NCBI GenBank assembly: GCA_963717145.1
Contig: OY970325.1
Location: 896,001-960,000, forward strand
Reading direction: 5' to 3'
Length of the DNA stretch: 64,000 bases
Source of the DNA: an uncultured Armatimonadetes bacterium
Lineage (GTDB): Bacteria > Armatimonadota > UBA5829 > DTJY01
The position numbers were made by a program, and so were the translations under genes. The notes under the pieces are model-generated. The model ran no database searches. It saw only the letters and a program-made list of their open reading frames with translations, and was not told the origin of the DNA. This document shows, piece after piece, positions 21,912 to 32,295 of this stretch (position 1 is its first letter; each line of letters begins with the position of its first letter).

Positions 21912-23499
21912 CAGCCTGTCTGAGAATTCCCCGCTATGTGGGTGAGTTTCCCATCTGCGGGGTCGCGCTGGCTGCTGTTCGATAGTGTTTTTCGCCGGAT
22001 TTCCGGCGAGGGTCTGTAAAGACCCCTTGTACCTTGATAATCAGCCTGATCCAGGTCATATATCTACGTATCGAAGATCGATTTCCGGTCGCCGTATCGG
22101 TATAGCTTCAGCATGTTGTGCCCAAGACACGCAAGCGTCCACTCCGACTTCGCTTTCGCAAGGCCTCGGAGTAGGAAGCCTCGGAAGTTCCGTGCGCTCT
22201 TGATCTGGCCGAACACCGGCTCTACCGTCTCCTTCCGCCTCCCGTAGATCTTTCGGCCAAGAGGAGTCAAGAGCTTTGCTCTCTGGCGATCTGCGGCGGA
22301 TTGCTTTGCCGGATCAAGGCAGGAAGGCGCCGTCGGCTCTTTGCCATGACGTTGTCTGTCAGGCGGTATATAAGCGTCGATCCCTTGCTGCTCGACCATC
22401 TCTATGTTGTCGCTGCTGAAGTATCCGGCATCGGCGGATAGTTCTTCCGGTTTCTTTCCGGTGTTCTCCTTGATTGCCTCGATCATGTCACTAAGATGCG
22501 GTGAGTCCGCTGCCTGGTTCGTGAGATCACACGCCACTACAATCTGATGATCTGCGTCTACCGCAGCTTGTCCGTTGTATGCCTGCACGAAGGCTTTCTT
22601 TGCGTCCTTCATTATCCGGCTTTCCGGGTCTGTGAAGTTCCGCTGTGCCTTCCCTTCCGGCTCTGTCTTTACGGGCCCCGGCTCTCTGCCGCGAGGCTTC
22701 TTCCCGGATGCTTCCTGCTCCGCCTTCTCTTGGGCTCGCATCGCTTCTTCGGCTGATGCTCGCTCTTTGGCCTCGCGCTCCAGCGCTTCTTTTGCTTCCC
22801 TGATCTTGGCGAGCCGCTTCTCTCTGGTTGCGAGTTCCTCCGGGAGTTCGTCTCCTCGGCGGTCAAGACCATATTCCGCGTCTTCCTGGTCGTCCACAGA
22901 AAGACCCTTCGCAAGGAGCGCCTCGATCTCAGCCTGAAGCTCTTTTTCTTTCTCGACCATCCGAGAGTAGCTCATGGCGGAGTGCTTGCTTGCGTTGGCA
23001 AGCAGCTTTGTTCCGTCTATGGCTATGTGTTTCATCGACACAAGCCCGGCGCTTGCGCATAGCCTGAGCACTTGCACAAACAGGTCCGCAAGGGACTTGA
23101 GATGCCTCTTCCTGAACTCGCTTATCGTGCGGAAGTCGGGATGATTTCCTGCCGCAAGCACCCGGAAGGCTACATCTTCATACGTGGCCAGGGAGAGCTT
23201 TCGAGATGAATACACTCCCCGGCACAAACCGTAGAATATGATCTTTGTAAGCATTGCCGGATGGAACGGCGGCGCTCCTCGGGCCTCTTTCTCGTATGAG
23301 GCGTATATCGCGGAAAGGTCGAGACTGTCTACGACATCGCTCACAAAGTATGCGAGATGTCCCTCGGGCAGCCACTCCGACATCAAGGGCGGCAACAGCA
23401 ATATCTGGTCAGGTTGATAAGGAAGGTATGGCTTGCTCATACCCGTATTTTACTACATACCTGGCACCTTGCGCCAGAGGTTATTTCATGGACAGGCTG
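21912..23499 (-). mobile_element. IS1182-family element
   Basis: Ends CAGCCTGTC / GACAGGCTG, each flanked by CTAG (21908-21911 and 23500-23503). Confidence 0.9.
22064..23440 (-). CDS. IS1182-family transposase
   Basis: PPFHPAML, SSRKL, HPDFRTISEFRK, IDGTKLLANASK, TDPESRIMK, ADAGY, VEPVFGQIK. Confidence 0.95.
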   Translation of the reverse strand: MSKPYLPYQPDQILLLPPLMSEWLPEGHLAYFVSDVVDSLDLSAIYASYEKEARGAPPFHPAMLTKIIFYGLCRGVYSSRKLSLATYEDVAFRVLAAGNHPDFRTISEFRKRHLKSLADLFVQVLRLCASAGLVSMKHIAIDGTKLLANASKHSAMSYSRMVEKEKELQAEIEALLAKGLSVDDQEDAEYGLDRRGDELPEELATREKRLAKIREAKEALEREAKERASAEEAMRAQEKAEQEASGKKPRGREPGPVKTEPEGKAQRNFTDPESRIMKDAKKAFVQAYNGQAAVDADHQIVVACDLTNQAADSPHLSDMIEAIKENTGKKPEELSADAGYFSSDNIEMVEQQGIDAYIPPDRQRHGKEPTAPSCLDPAKQSAADRQRAKLLTPLGRKIYGRRKETVEPVFGQIKSARNFRGFLLRGLAKAKSEWTLACLGHNMLKLYRYGDRKSIFDT

Positions 23500-23503
23500 C
23501 TAG

Positions 23504-25294
23504 GGGACCTTACGTCATCACACGAGTATACCAGCGAGGTGTTCACCTGGTTCGGAAAGCAATTCGGTACTAAGCGTAGGTATTGGTCAACTTCCATACC
23601 GGGTCTATCGCGACTCGGCAGATCTAACCGCTTGTGTGATGTCAGTGGGACGCTGCGTTACAAACGGTTCTTCCGCGACACTTATGTGTCTCCGCTTGGC
23701 AATATCTGGGCCGACACCGGGAGTGGCTCTCAGACGGAAGATCGGACGTACGTTGTGCAGACTCTGCCGAAGGCCATTGCTCGCTGCCTCCTAATGACGA
23801 CCGACCCTGGTGACCTCGTGCTTGACCCCACCTGCGGCTCTGGCACCACTGCCTACGTAGCGGAGCAGTGGGGCCGGCGCTGGATCACTGTTGACACCTC
23901 CCGCGTGGCGCTTGCACTTGCCCGTGCCCGCATCATGGGTGCCAGATACAGCTACTATCTGCTCGCCGACAGCCCCGAGGGGCAACTGAAGGAAGCTGAG
24001 ATCACCCGGACCGGGCCATCGAGCCAGCCAACCCGCGGTGATATCCGACACGGGTTTGTGTACGAGCGCGTGCCGCATATTACACTCAAGTCCATCGCCA
24101 ACAACACGGAGATCGATGTCATCTGGGACAAGTTCCAGCAGACACTTCGAACCGCTCCGCCAGGAACTCAACGAGGTCTTGGGCAAGACGTGGGAGGAAT
24201 GGGAGATCCCTCGTGACCCAGACGACAAGTGGCCTGATGCCGCGAAGAGACTCCACACGGAATGGTGGCAGCAGCGGATCGCCAGGCAGAAAGAGATCGA
24301 CGCATCCATTTCCGCCAAGGCTGAGTTCGAGTACTTGTACGACAAGCCTTACGAAGACAAGAAGATAGTTCGAGTCGCCGGGCCGTTCACCGTAGAGAGT
24401 CTCTCACCACACCACGTGCCGGGCGTTGATGAGGATGACGAACTGATCGACAATGTAGCTGAATCCAAGCTCGGCTATGGCAAGGTACAGGACTTCGCCG
24501 AGATGGTTCTGGATAACCTCAAGATTGCCGGTGTGCAGCAGGCGCACAAGGAGGACAAGATCACCTTCACCTCGCTCACTCCCTGGCCGGGCGATCTGGT
24601 CTGCGCCGAGGGCCGCTACATGGAGCGCCCCTCACCCCAGCTCTCTCCCGAAGGGGGCGAGGGAGTAGAAGTTGAGAGACGTGCCGCCATCTTCATCGGC
24701 CCGGAGTTCGGCACCGTCTCCCGCCCCGATCTGGTGGAGGCTGCCCGTGAGGCCGGTGATGCCGGCTTTGATGTGCTGATCGCCTGCGCCTTCAATTATG
24801 ATGCGCACTCATCGGACTTCGACAAGCTCGGGCGCATACCGGTGCTCAAGGCTCGCATGAACGCCGACCTGCACATGGCCGACGACCTCAAGAACACCGG
24901 CAAGGGGAACCTGTTCGTCATCTTCGGTGAGCCGGACATCGACATCCTCGACGTTGGGGATGGGCAGATCCGGGTCAAAGTCAACGGCGTGGATGTCTTC
25001 CACCCCACGACCGGCGAGGTCCGCAGCGACGGCGCTGAGGGTATCGCGTGCTGGTTCATCGACACCGACTACAACATGGAGAGCTTCTTCGTCCGCCATG
25101 CGTACTTCCTGGGTGCGAATGACCCATACAGCTCGCTCAAGACGACGCTGAAGGCCGAGATCAACGAAGACGCCTGGGCCACGCTCCACAGCGACACGTC
25201 CCGGCCCTTCGACAAGCCCGAGACCGGCCGCATCGCGGTCAAAGTCATCAACCACCTTGGCGACGAGGTGATGAAGGTGTTTCGGGTGGCTTGA
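23504..25294 (+). pseudogene. Type III Mod-like N6/N4 DNA methyltransferase, C-terminal part only, with a frameshift near 24150
   Basis: NIWADT, YVVQT, MTTDPGDLVLDPTCGSGTTAYVAEQWGRRWI (motif I), VRVAGPFTVESLSP, IAVKVINHLGDEVMKV; the DPPY-type catalytic N-terminal half is absent. Confidence 0.85.
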
Positions 25295-25384
25295 TAGAAT
25301 GTCAGGACAGAATGCTTTGTCCTGATATCATAGGGTGCCCATTTCCGACGGGACTTGGGTTGTCAACAGAAACGCGAGGACAGA

Positions 25385-26485
25385 ATGAGCGTAGAGCAGA
25401 CGAATGGCGGCCACGAGGATGAGTGTATTGAAGGTCTCGGCGAGGAAGAAGATGCTTCGTGGGGCGATTACCCAATCGACACCGTGTTGATTCGGAACGA
25501 AAACCGCACGGTCCATGACATCCTACGGCGAATCGAAAAGGGCTCATTTGTAATGGACCCTGACTTCCAGAGAGACTTCATCTGGCCTGACGACAAGCAG
25601 AGCAAACTCATCGAGTCCGTGCTGATGCGGATTCCTCTCCCCGTCTTCTATCTCGCTGAAGACAACCAAGGACGCATGGTGGTGGTTGACGGATTGCAGC
25701 GACTGTCAACATTCCAGCGCTTCGTAGGCAATAAGTTGCATCTCAAGCTTCCGGATCAGGGTGAACTGGATAGAAAGCGATTTCAAGATCTCTCGCCGAA
25801 GCTTCAGAATCGCGTGGAGGACTGCAATCTGATCCTCTACATCATTGATGCGAAGGTGCCAGAGCGTGCACGCCTAGACATTTTCGAACGTGTGAACAGC
25901 GGTGTCCCCTTGACCCGACAACAGATGCGGAACTCACTATACATGGGGAACGCGACACTATTCCTCAAGAACGAGGCAAGAACCTGCCTTTTCCTGGATG
26001 CGACCGGAAGAAGCCTCAAGACCTCGACGATGAGGGACCGCGAGTTTGTCAACCGATTCTGCGCGTTCCAGCTTATCGCTGTCGGGGATTACCGTGGAGA
26101 TATGGACGAGTTCCTAGCGAATGCATTGAAGAAGATGAACGACCTTGGAGCAGATGATCTGAAGAAGCTATCGGCGCAGTTTCGGACTAGCCTTAGGAAC
26201 AACTTCAAGGTGTTCGGCAAGCACGCATTCCGGAAGCACGTCAGCAGCGAGGACAGCCGCTCGGTGCTTAACGCATCTCTCTGGGATGTCATGTCAACCG
26301 GGCTTTCCCAGTATGCCGACCACTTGGTTGAAGCCCGCGCAGGAGAGCTTAGGAACAAGTTTGTCTCTCTGATGGACGATGATGGTTTCGTGGCCTCGAT
26401 CACCTACAGTGTGAACGACATGAGGAGAGTCAGACACCGGTTTGCAGTAGCGAGGGCGATGTTCCGGGAGGTGCTAGGTGATTAG
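25385..26485 (+). CDS. DUF262 (ParB-like/GmrS) protein; Menshen NsnA-like
   Basis: PDFQRDFIW, SKLIES..IPLP, VVDGLQRLST, IFERVNSG. Confidence 0.9.
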   Translation: MSVEQTNGGHEDECIEGLGEEEDASWGDYPIDTVLIRNENRTVHDILRRIEKGSFVMDPDFQRDFIWPDDKQSKLIESVLMRIPLPVFYLAEDNQGRMVVVDGLQRLSTFQRFVGNKLHLKLPDQGELDRKRFQDLSPKLQNRVEDCNLILYIIDAKVPERARLDIFERVNSGVPLTRQQMRNSLYMGNATLFLKNEARTCLFLDATGRSLKTSTMRDREFVNRFCAFQLIAVGDYRGDMDEFLANALKKMNDLGADDLKKLSAQFRTSLRNNFKVFGKHAFRKHVSSEDSRSVLNASLWDVMSTGLSQYADHLVEARAGELRNKFVSLMDDDGFVASITYSVNDMRRVRHRFAVARAMFREVLGD

Positions 26486-27454
26486 CCTACTAGAGCTTCA
26501 AGACTTCAAGTGCTTCGAACTACTGCGGCTGCCGCTCACGCCTATGACATTGCTGTCCGGCCCCAACGCATCAGGCAAGTCCTCCGTTCTGCAGGCGCTT
26601 GTGCTGCTGCACCAGACAATGCGCGAGCACGAGTGGTCCACTCGCCTGATGCTCAATGGTTCGTCGATCCAATTGGGCACCGTTGCTGACGTGGTCGACG
26701 AGGTGCATAGTCGTCGTACATTTGAGATCGGCCTTGTCGATGGCGATCTCACGTACCACTGGGCATTCTCGGGCGATCGCCTCAACATGTCCATGTCTGT
26801 GGATCGTGTCGACATCGGTGCTGCTACCAGGAATAAGCCGAGAACGCTACGTTACCTTCTGCCGCCAAGGGAGAACGGAAGATGCAGGTCGTTGGCCAAT
26901 CGCCTACGGGGCCTCACCTACCTTACCGCCGAGCGAATTGGTCCTCGTGACGTCTACCCGCTTGAGGACCGCCAGACCGCCGCTGTCGTAGGACCCACCG
27001 GTGAGCATGCCGTAAGCGTACTGCATTGGGGGCAAGATGACCGCGTGCTTGATGACCTTGCCATCAGTGAAGTGGCGAACAGGCTACCCCGCCAGGTTGA
27101 GGCAAGAATGTGCACTTTCTTTCCTGGCTGTCGCATCGATGTGAGTCGCATAGACAAGGCGAACGCACTGACACTGGGGTTGGGAACCTCAGAAAGCAGC
27201 AGCTCCCATCGGCCGATTCACTCCGGATTCGGGATCACGCAGATCTTGCCCATCGTAGTGGCCGCGCTCTCTGCGGCGGAAGGCGATATACTCCTGATCG
27301 AGAACCCGGAAGTCCATCTCCACCCCGCAGCGCAGGCGCTCATGGGCCAGTTCCTGGCAGATGTCGCCCGAGCAGGAGTCCAAGTTATCGCTGAAACCCA
27401 TAGCGACCATGTTCTCAATGGTGTTCGCCGGTCCGTCAAGGCGGGACGCCTCAC

Positions 27455-28931
27455 GTAAGAGTTCACGATCGTTGATAGTGAAGTTGTCAGGCTGGATCGG
27501 TCGCGAGTGTCTGAGGAACGCCCGCGAGCATTCGCCAACATGACTCCATCGCATCTTCACCACGCAAGTGCCAGGTTCCGAATAGACTCATCAGCGCCAT
27601 GCGGGTCTCAGATCCCTTGGCCGATCGTGTGCCGCCGCTGATCTTGCGAGCTGTTACCGCAGGCCGGATCGCTCGCTCGGCCGCATTGTTCTCGCTTGGT
27701 ACTTCCGGACATTCTACGAAGACAAACAGCTCCGGCAGGAATCTCTCGATCCGCTCAGCGAGTATCCTCTGCGGAACATCCCGCTTCACATATGGTCTGG
27801 CGAGTCGAAGCAACTCGTCCTCGAATGCGATTCGCCGCTTCTGCCGGGCCTTCGAATCATCGCCCGAAAATGCCTTCGCGCGCCTGTAAACGGCCTTGAC
27901 CTTGCCGGCCCAGACTGCTACCCCTCTCTTGTCAGGGTTCGCCTCGACGAGCGTTCGCAAGTCCCGCAGGTAGTGCACCCAACACCGCTGATGCCAACCG
28001 AGCAGCACGTTGTAGCCGCAGTAGAAGTCGCTTACGACTACACCCTCGTAGTCCTCTCCCAGCACGTCTTTTGCGACCTGGCCGCTCCGACTCTTGTTTC
28101 GGACGAAGTAGCGCACGCGTGGCGTCGTGAAGCTCCAGATGTATCCGTTCTTCCCATCTTCCCGCCAGCCGGTCTCATCCGCGTTCACCGTAGGGCTTCC
28201 TCTGACTGCTTGCAGAAGTTTCTCTACCTCCGGCTTGCCCATGGAGGCCACCTTCTGGAGTATCTTCGCGATCTCTCCGAGCCCGAGATGCAGACCGTAG
28301 AGTGATTCCAGAAGCTTCTGCACACGCTCGACCGGCATTCTACCGACCGTGTGGAGATAGCTCACCAGGCTCATCAGCCGGATGCCCACCCGGTGTGTCC
28401 CGACCACCTCTTCGGAGAGGTCGAGCTTCGGCACGTGTATCTTGTGGCAGACTCCGCAGTACCGTCCGATCACCAGGTGCTCGATGATCCTGACCGGCAT
28501 CACCGGTATCTCGATCACCTGCCGGCTGTGATGCACCGTGCCGCCCGAGAGCTTCCTTCCGCAGTCGGGACAGGTGTCGAGCGCGTGATCCACGATCTCA
28601 GTCGGAGTCTCCCTCAGCCGTGCAAACGACTTCTGCCGCTTCTTGCGATCCTTCTTCTTGCGCTCGGGCCGGTTTGCCTTCACAAAGGCAGGTATCGTCC
28701 TGCCGCCGCCACCGAGCTTGGACCGGAGTTCTTCATTCTCCTTCTCAAGCGCTCGGACGCGTTCGGTGAGGGTGTCCACGCCTTCACGCAATTCCAGGAC
28801 GGCCTGGTGCTGCTCCAGGACGATGCCGATCAGTTCTTCTCTTGATAGGTTGCCGAGATCGTTCACAACCTGCCATTCGACAGTCCGCTCCAAGGTTCCT
28901 GCTCAGACTATCAATGATCGTGAACTCTTAC
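27455..28931 (-). mobile_element. IS66-family element, copy 2 (intact)
   Basis: IRs GTAAGAGTTCACGATCGTTGATA / TATCAATGATCGTGAACTCTTAC; 8-bp duplication CGCCTCAC at 27447-27454 and 28932-28939. Confidence 0.95.
27487..28893 (-). CDS. IS66 transposase
   Basis: 468-aa open frame with CPDCG, ADETGWR, SDFY, QRCWVH, NNAAERAIR. Confidence 0.95.
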   Translation of the reverse strand: MERTVEWQVVNDLGNLSREELIGIVLEQHQAVLELREGVDTLTERVRALEKENEELRSKLGGGGRTIPAFVKANRPERKKKDRKKRQKSFARLRETPTEIVDHALDTCPDCGRKLSGGTVHHSRQVIEIPVMPVRIIEHLVIGRYCGVCHKIHVPKLDLSEEVVGTHRVGIRLMSLVSYLHTVGRMPVERVQKLLESLYGLHLGLGEIAKILQKVASMGKPEVEKLLQAVRGSPTVNADETGWREDGKNGYIWSFTTPRVRYFVRNKSRSGQVAKDVLGEDYEGVVVSDFYCGYNVLLGWHQRCWVHYLRDLRTLVEANPDKRGVAVWAGKVKAVYRRAKAFSGDDSKARQKRRIAFEDELLRLARPYVKRDVPQRILAERIERFLPELFVFVECPEVPSENNAAERAIRPAVTARKISGGTRSAKGSETRMALMSLFGTWHLRGEDAMESCWRMLAGVPQTLATDPA

Positions 28932-29103
28932 CGCCTCACAGCGGAACAAGTCGCCCTCCACTTCTTCCGACCGCGCTCCGCCGATGCGCCGCAGGTCCTT
29001 AGTCCAGTCTTGGATAACTCAGGCAACATTGACAGCTGGCCGGAGGGATTCTTCGACCAATTCGACAAGGACATGAACTACTTCGCCGGATGGGGGGACT
29101 GAC

Positions 29104-30057
29104 GTGGAACTCCTTGTCAATGATCTCTCGATCCACGGCCAGTTTTATGACATTGCAGCTTTCAGAGCGGCTATCAGCCGAGTAATGACGATGCGCCAGA
29201 TAACTCGGCAGTACGGTCGTGAGTTGTATTGCCACAGAAACATGACCAATGCGAAGGTGACACAGGAGATGATCCTGCCGCAGGCGATACAAGCTCTCGG
29301 TCGGGATGAACGGCAAGCCGTCATGCAGTGGCTAACACAGCGCGGACCCTTCTGGGAAGATGCCAGAGAGCATGGTCCCGATGACTACATGGAGTGCGAT
29401 GGCAACCTCGTCACCGACACAGCGGTAGGGGAGGCCGCGTGGTGTTGCCTCCACGGGAACAATCGTCATCTTGTAAGTCTTATACCATCCAACTGGGAGT
29501 TCACACCACTACCTGTGATCTGGCGAGTTGATGATGACAATGAATACGACATCCAGGTTACCAATCACTGGGATGCAGATGAACTCAGAGCTGCGCTCCT
29601 CGCCGCTCCAGTGCCCATGAGTTCTTGGGAACAGCTGGCGACGATATCTCGCACTCGTTGCCCACATCTGGTCTTCTCTGATGATTGCTTCGAGCACCTC
29701 CGTGGACTTCCATTTGCCAGTGGCCCAGCACAGAGCCTCCTCATTCGTCTGGAGGTACTCGAAAGGCTCAGATGCTGTTACGATGAGAATGGCCAACGGA
29801 CGCTGGAAGGTCACCGACTCTATACGAGCCATTTCACCGGCGACAAGGCGTGGTTTACGGATTCATCGGATACAGAGAAGAACGACTTCCGGGGAGAACT
29901 CACCTTCCGCCATCCCGAGGAGCACGGCGAGACGATCTTCTGTCCGTGGCATGGCAAAGTGAAAACCCCTCAGCTCCGCATCCACTTTTCCTGGCCTGTA
30001 AGCGCGGACGAGCGGATGTATGTGGTATACGTTGGTCCGAAGATCACGAAGCGATAG
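29104..30057 (+). CDS. Putative effector with a C-terminal RelE-like region (Menshen NsnC-like)
   Basis: Starts right after the ATPase stop; C-terminal WHGKVKTPQLRIHF...YVVYVGPK resembles RelE-fold RNases; third gene of a DUF262/DUF3696 trio. Confidence 0.6.
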   Translation: MELLVNDLSIHGQFYDIAAFRAAISRVMTMRQITRQYGRELYCHRNMTNAKVTQEMILPQAIQALGRDERQAVMQWLTQRGPFWEDAREHGPDDYMECDGNLVTDTAVGEAAWCCLHGNNRHLVSLIPSNWEFTPLPVIWRVDDDNEYDIQVTNHWDADELRAALLAAPVPMSSWEQLATISRTRCPHLVFSDDCFEHLRGLPFASGPAQSLLIRLEVLERLRCCYDENGQRTLEGHRLYTSHFTGDKAWFTDSSDTEKNDFRGELTFRHPEEHGETIFCPWHGKVKTPQLRIHFSWPVSADERMYVVYVGPKITKR

Positions 30058-30099
30058 CCATAGTAGGCCGATCAACGTTGACCGCCCCAAGGTGAAGTG

Positions 30100-32178
30100 A
30101 TGGATTTCCGTATTGCCGATACTTTCACCGATAGCCTTGCCAGACTGACAGGCGAAGAGCAGAAGGCTGTGAAGACCACGGCCTTTGACCTGCAGATGAA
30201 CCCGTCCAGTCCGGGCATGAGCCTGCACAAGCTCGACAGGGCCAGGGACAAGAGCTTCTGGTCAGTGAGGGTCAGCGGCGATCTGCGCATTGTCGTCCAC
30301 AAGACCGCCGAGAGCCTTCTTCTGTGCTACGTCGATCATCACGACGCCGCCTATCAGTGGGCCGAGCGACGGAAGCTGGAGACCCACCCCAAGACCGGCG
30401 CGGCGCAGCTTGTAGAGATACGAGAGACGGTGCAGGAGATCACCATTCCCAAGTACGTGGAGGTGGTGCAGCCGGCATCCCCCAGGCCTCTCTTCGATCA
30501 TGTATCCGACGATGTGCTGCTCGGATACGGTGTGCCGGAAGAATGGCTGGCGGACGTACGCCAGGCCAACGAGGATTCCCTGCTGGCGCTGACCGATCAC
30601 CTGCCCGGCGAAGCCTCTGAGGCACTATTGGATCTGGCGACAGGCGCAGTGCCGCGGATTCCGCAGCCGGTGACAATTGACACCGGGCCGTTCGATCATC
30701 CGGATGCACAGCGACGCTTCCGGGTCATGAGCAACGTGGAGGAACTGGAACGGGCCCTCAGCTACCCATGGGAAAAGTGGACGATCTTCCTCCATCCGGC
30801 ACAGCGGCAGTTGGTTGAACGGGACTTCGGTGGCCCGGCGCGAGTATCGGGGTCGGCGGGCACTGGAAAGACGATCGTCGCCCTGCATCGGGCGGTCGCA
30901 CTGGCACGAGCCAACCCTGACGCGCGAGTGCTTCTTACCACCTTCTCCGACACACTGGCAAATGCGCTGCGCACAAAGCTCCGGCGGCTGATCAGCAACG
31001 AACCCCGTCTGGGAGAACGGATCGAAGTGCATTCCATGAACACGATCGGCCTGCGGCTCTATGAATTGCAGTTCGGCCGGGTGCAACTCGCACCGGAAGA
31101 GGTGATCCGTCAGTATCTCGAAGAGGCTGACGGCGGCGTCGAGGGGAACAAGTTCAGCCTGCAATTCCTGCTGTCCGAGTGGACGCAGGTGGTGGATGCG
31201 TGGCAGTTGGATACATGGGAGGCGTATCGTGACGTGGCCCGGTTGGGACGGAAGACCCGATTGCCGGAACAGCGACGAGCCGTGCTCTGGTCGATCTTCG
31301 CTCAGGTTCGATCACGACTGAAGGCGGACAACCTGATTACCGTTCCCGACATGCTCAGCAAGCTGACAACCCTTTATGCTGAAGGCAAGCATATCCCGTT
31401 CGACTTCTGCGTGGTGGACGAGGCCCAGGATATCAGCGTCGCCCAACTCCGGTTTCTCGCTGCTCTGGGGACCGCTCACCCGAATAGCCTCTTTTTCGCC
31501 GGCGATCTCGGTCAACGGATCTTCCAGCAACCCTTCTCATGGAAGTCGCTCGGCGTTGATATTCGCGGACGTTCGCAGACTCTCCGGATCAATTACCGGA
31601 CTTCCCATCAGATCAGGATGGAAGCGGACCGGTTGCTGGGGCCGGAGCTGTCGGATGTCGACGGCAATGTGGAGGAGCGACGAGGCACGGTATCAGTGTT
31701 CAACGGGCCGGCCCCGGAGGTTCGAACGTTCGACAGCCAGCAAGAAGAGATCAGCGCCGTCAGCGCCTGGCTCATGGATCGGAACACGGAAGGCGTGATG
31801 CCCCATGAGATCGGCGTGTTCGTGCGCTCCGAGGCAGAACTCGACCGGGCACGCGAGGCGGTCACGAAGTCAGGGCTGCCGTTCAAGGTTCTCGACGAGC
31901 ACGTTGAAACTACGAGCGGTCAGGTTTCGATCAGCACCATGCACCTCGCCAAAGGCCTGGAGTTCCGTGCGGTGGTCGTGATGGCTTGCGATGATGAGAT
32001 CGTCCCCCTCCAGGAACGCATCGAGACAGTGGCCGACGATGCCGATCTGGAAGATGTCTACAACACCGAGCGCCATCTGCTCTACGTGGCCTGCACCCGC
32101 GCCCGCGATCACTTGCTCGTGACCAGCGTGGATCCGTCGTCAGAATTCCTGGACGATCTGCGCGCCAGTTCCGCATGA
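30100..32178 (+). CDS. SF1 (UvrD-like) helicase with an N-terminal RelE-like domain
   Basis: N-term FWSVRVSGDLRIVVH..YVDHHDAAY; GSAGTGKT, VVDEAQD, GDLGQRIF, INYRT, TMHLAKGLEF, LYVACTRAR. Confidence 0.9.
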   Translation: MDFRIADTFTDSLARLTGEEQKAVKTTAFDLQMNPSSPGMSLHKLDRARDKSFWSVRVSGDLRIVVHKTAESLLLCYVDHHDAAYQWAERRKLETHPKTGAAQLVEIRETVQEITIPKYVEVVQPASPRPLFDHVSDDVLLGYGVPEEWLADVRQANEDSLLALTDHLPGEASEALLDLATGAVPRIPQPVTIDTGPFDHPDAQRRFRVMSNVEELERALSYPWEKWTIFLHPAQRQLVERDFGGPARVSGSAGTGKTIVALHRAVALARANPDARVLLTTFSDTLANALRTKLRRLISNEPRLGERIEVHSMNTIGLRLYELQFGRVQLAPEEVIRQYLEEADGGVEGNKFSLQFLLSEWTQVVDAWQLDTWEAYRDVARLGRKTRLPEQRRAVLWSIFAQVRSRLKADNLITVPDMLSKLTTLYAEGKHIPFDFCVVDEAQDISVAQLRFLAALGTAHPNSLFFAGDLGQRIFQQPFSWKSLGVDIRGRSQTLRINYRTSHQIRMEADRLLGPELSDVDGNVEERRGTVSVFNGPAPEVRTFDSQQEEISAVSAWLMDRNTEGVMPHEIGVFVRSEAELDRAREAVTKSGLPFKVLDEHVETTSGQVSISTMHLAKGLEFRAVVVMACDDEIVPLQERIETVADDADLEDVYNTERHLLYVACTRARDHLLVTSVDPSSEFLDDLRASSA

Positions 32179-32295
32179 TCGGTCTGGCGAACTAGCCCTA
32201 GACGGCGCGGTCGGCTGACGATGTGTTCGTCCGTGATGACCGTGGAGTGGATGGCGGGCGGACTGGGGACTCATTCTGGCCAGGGAGGCCAAGGC

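Larger units (their letters stand above)
26478..29102 (+). pseudogene. ABC/AAA ATPase with DUF3696 C-terminus (NsnB-like), split by IS66
   Basis: FKCF, GPNASGKSS, GFGITQILP, IENPEVHLHP, ETHSDH; resumes after the IS as AEQVALHFF...WPEGFFDQ. Confidence 0.9.

Noticed and set aside
23254-23503. N-terminal part of ORF 23254-24216 as a real methyltransferase start
   Set aside because: It is antisense IS1182 sequence fused by chance to the truncated methyltransferase frame
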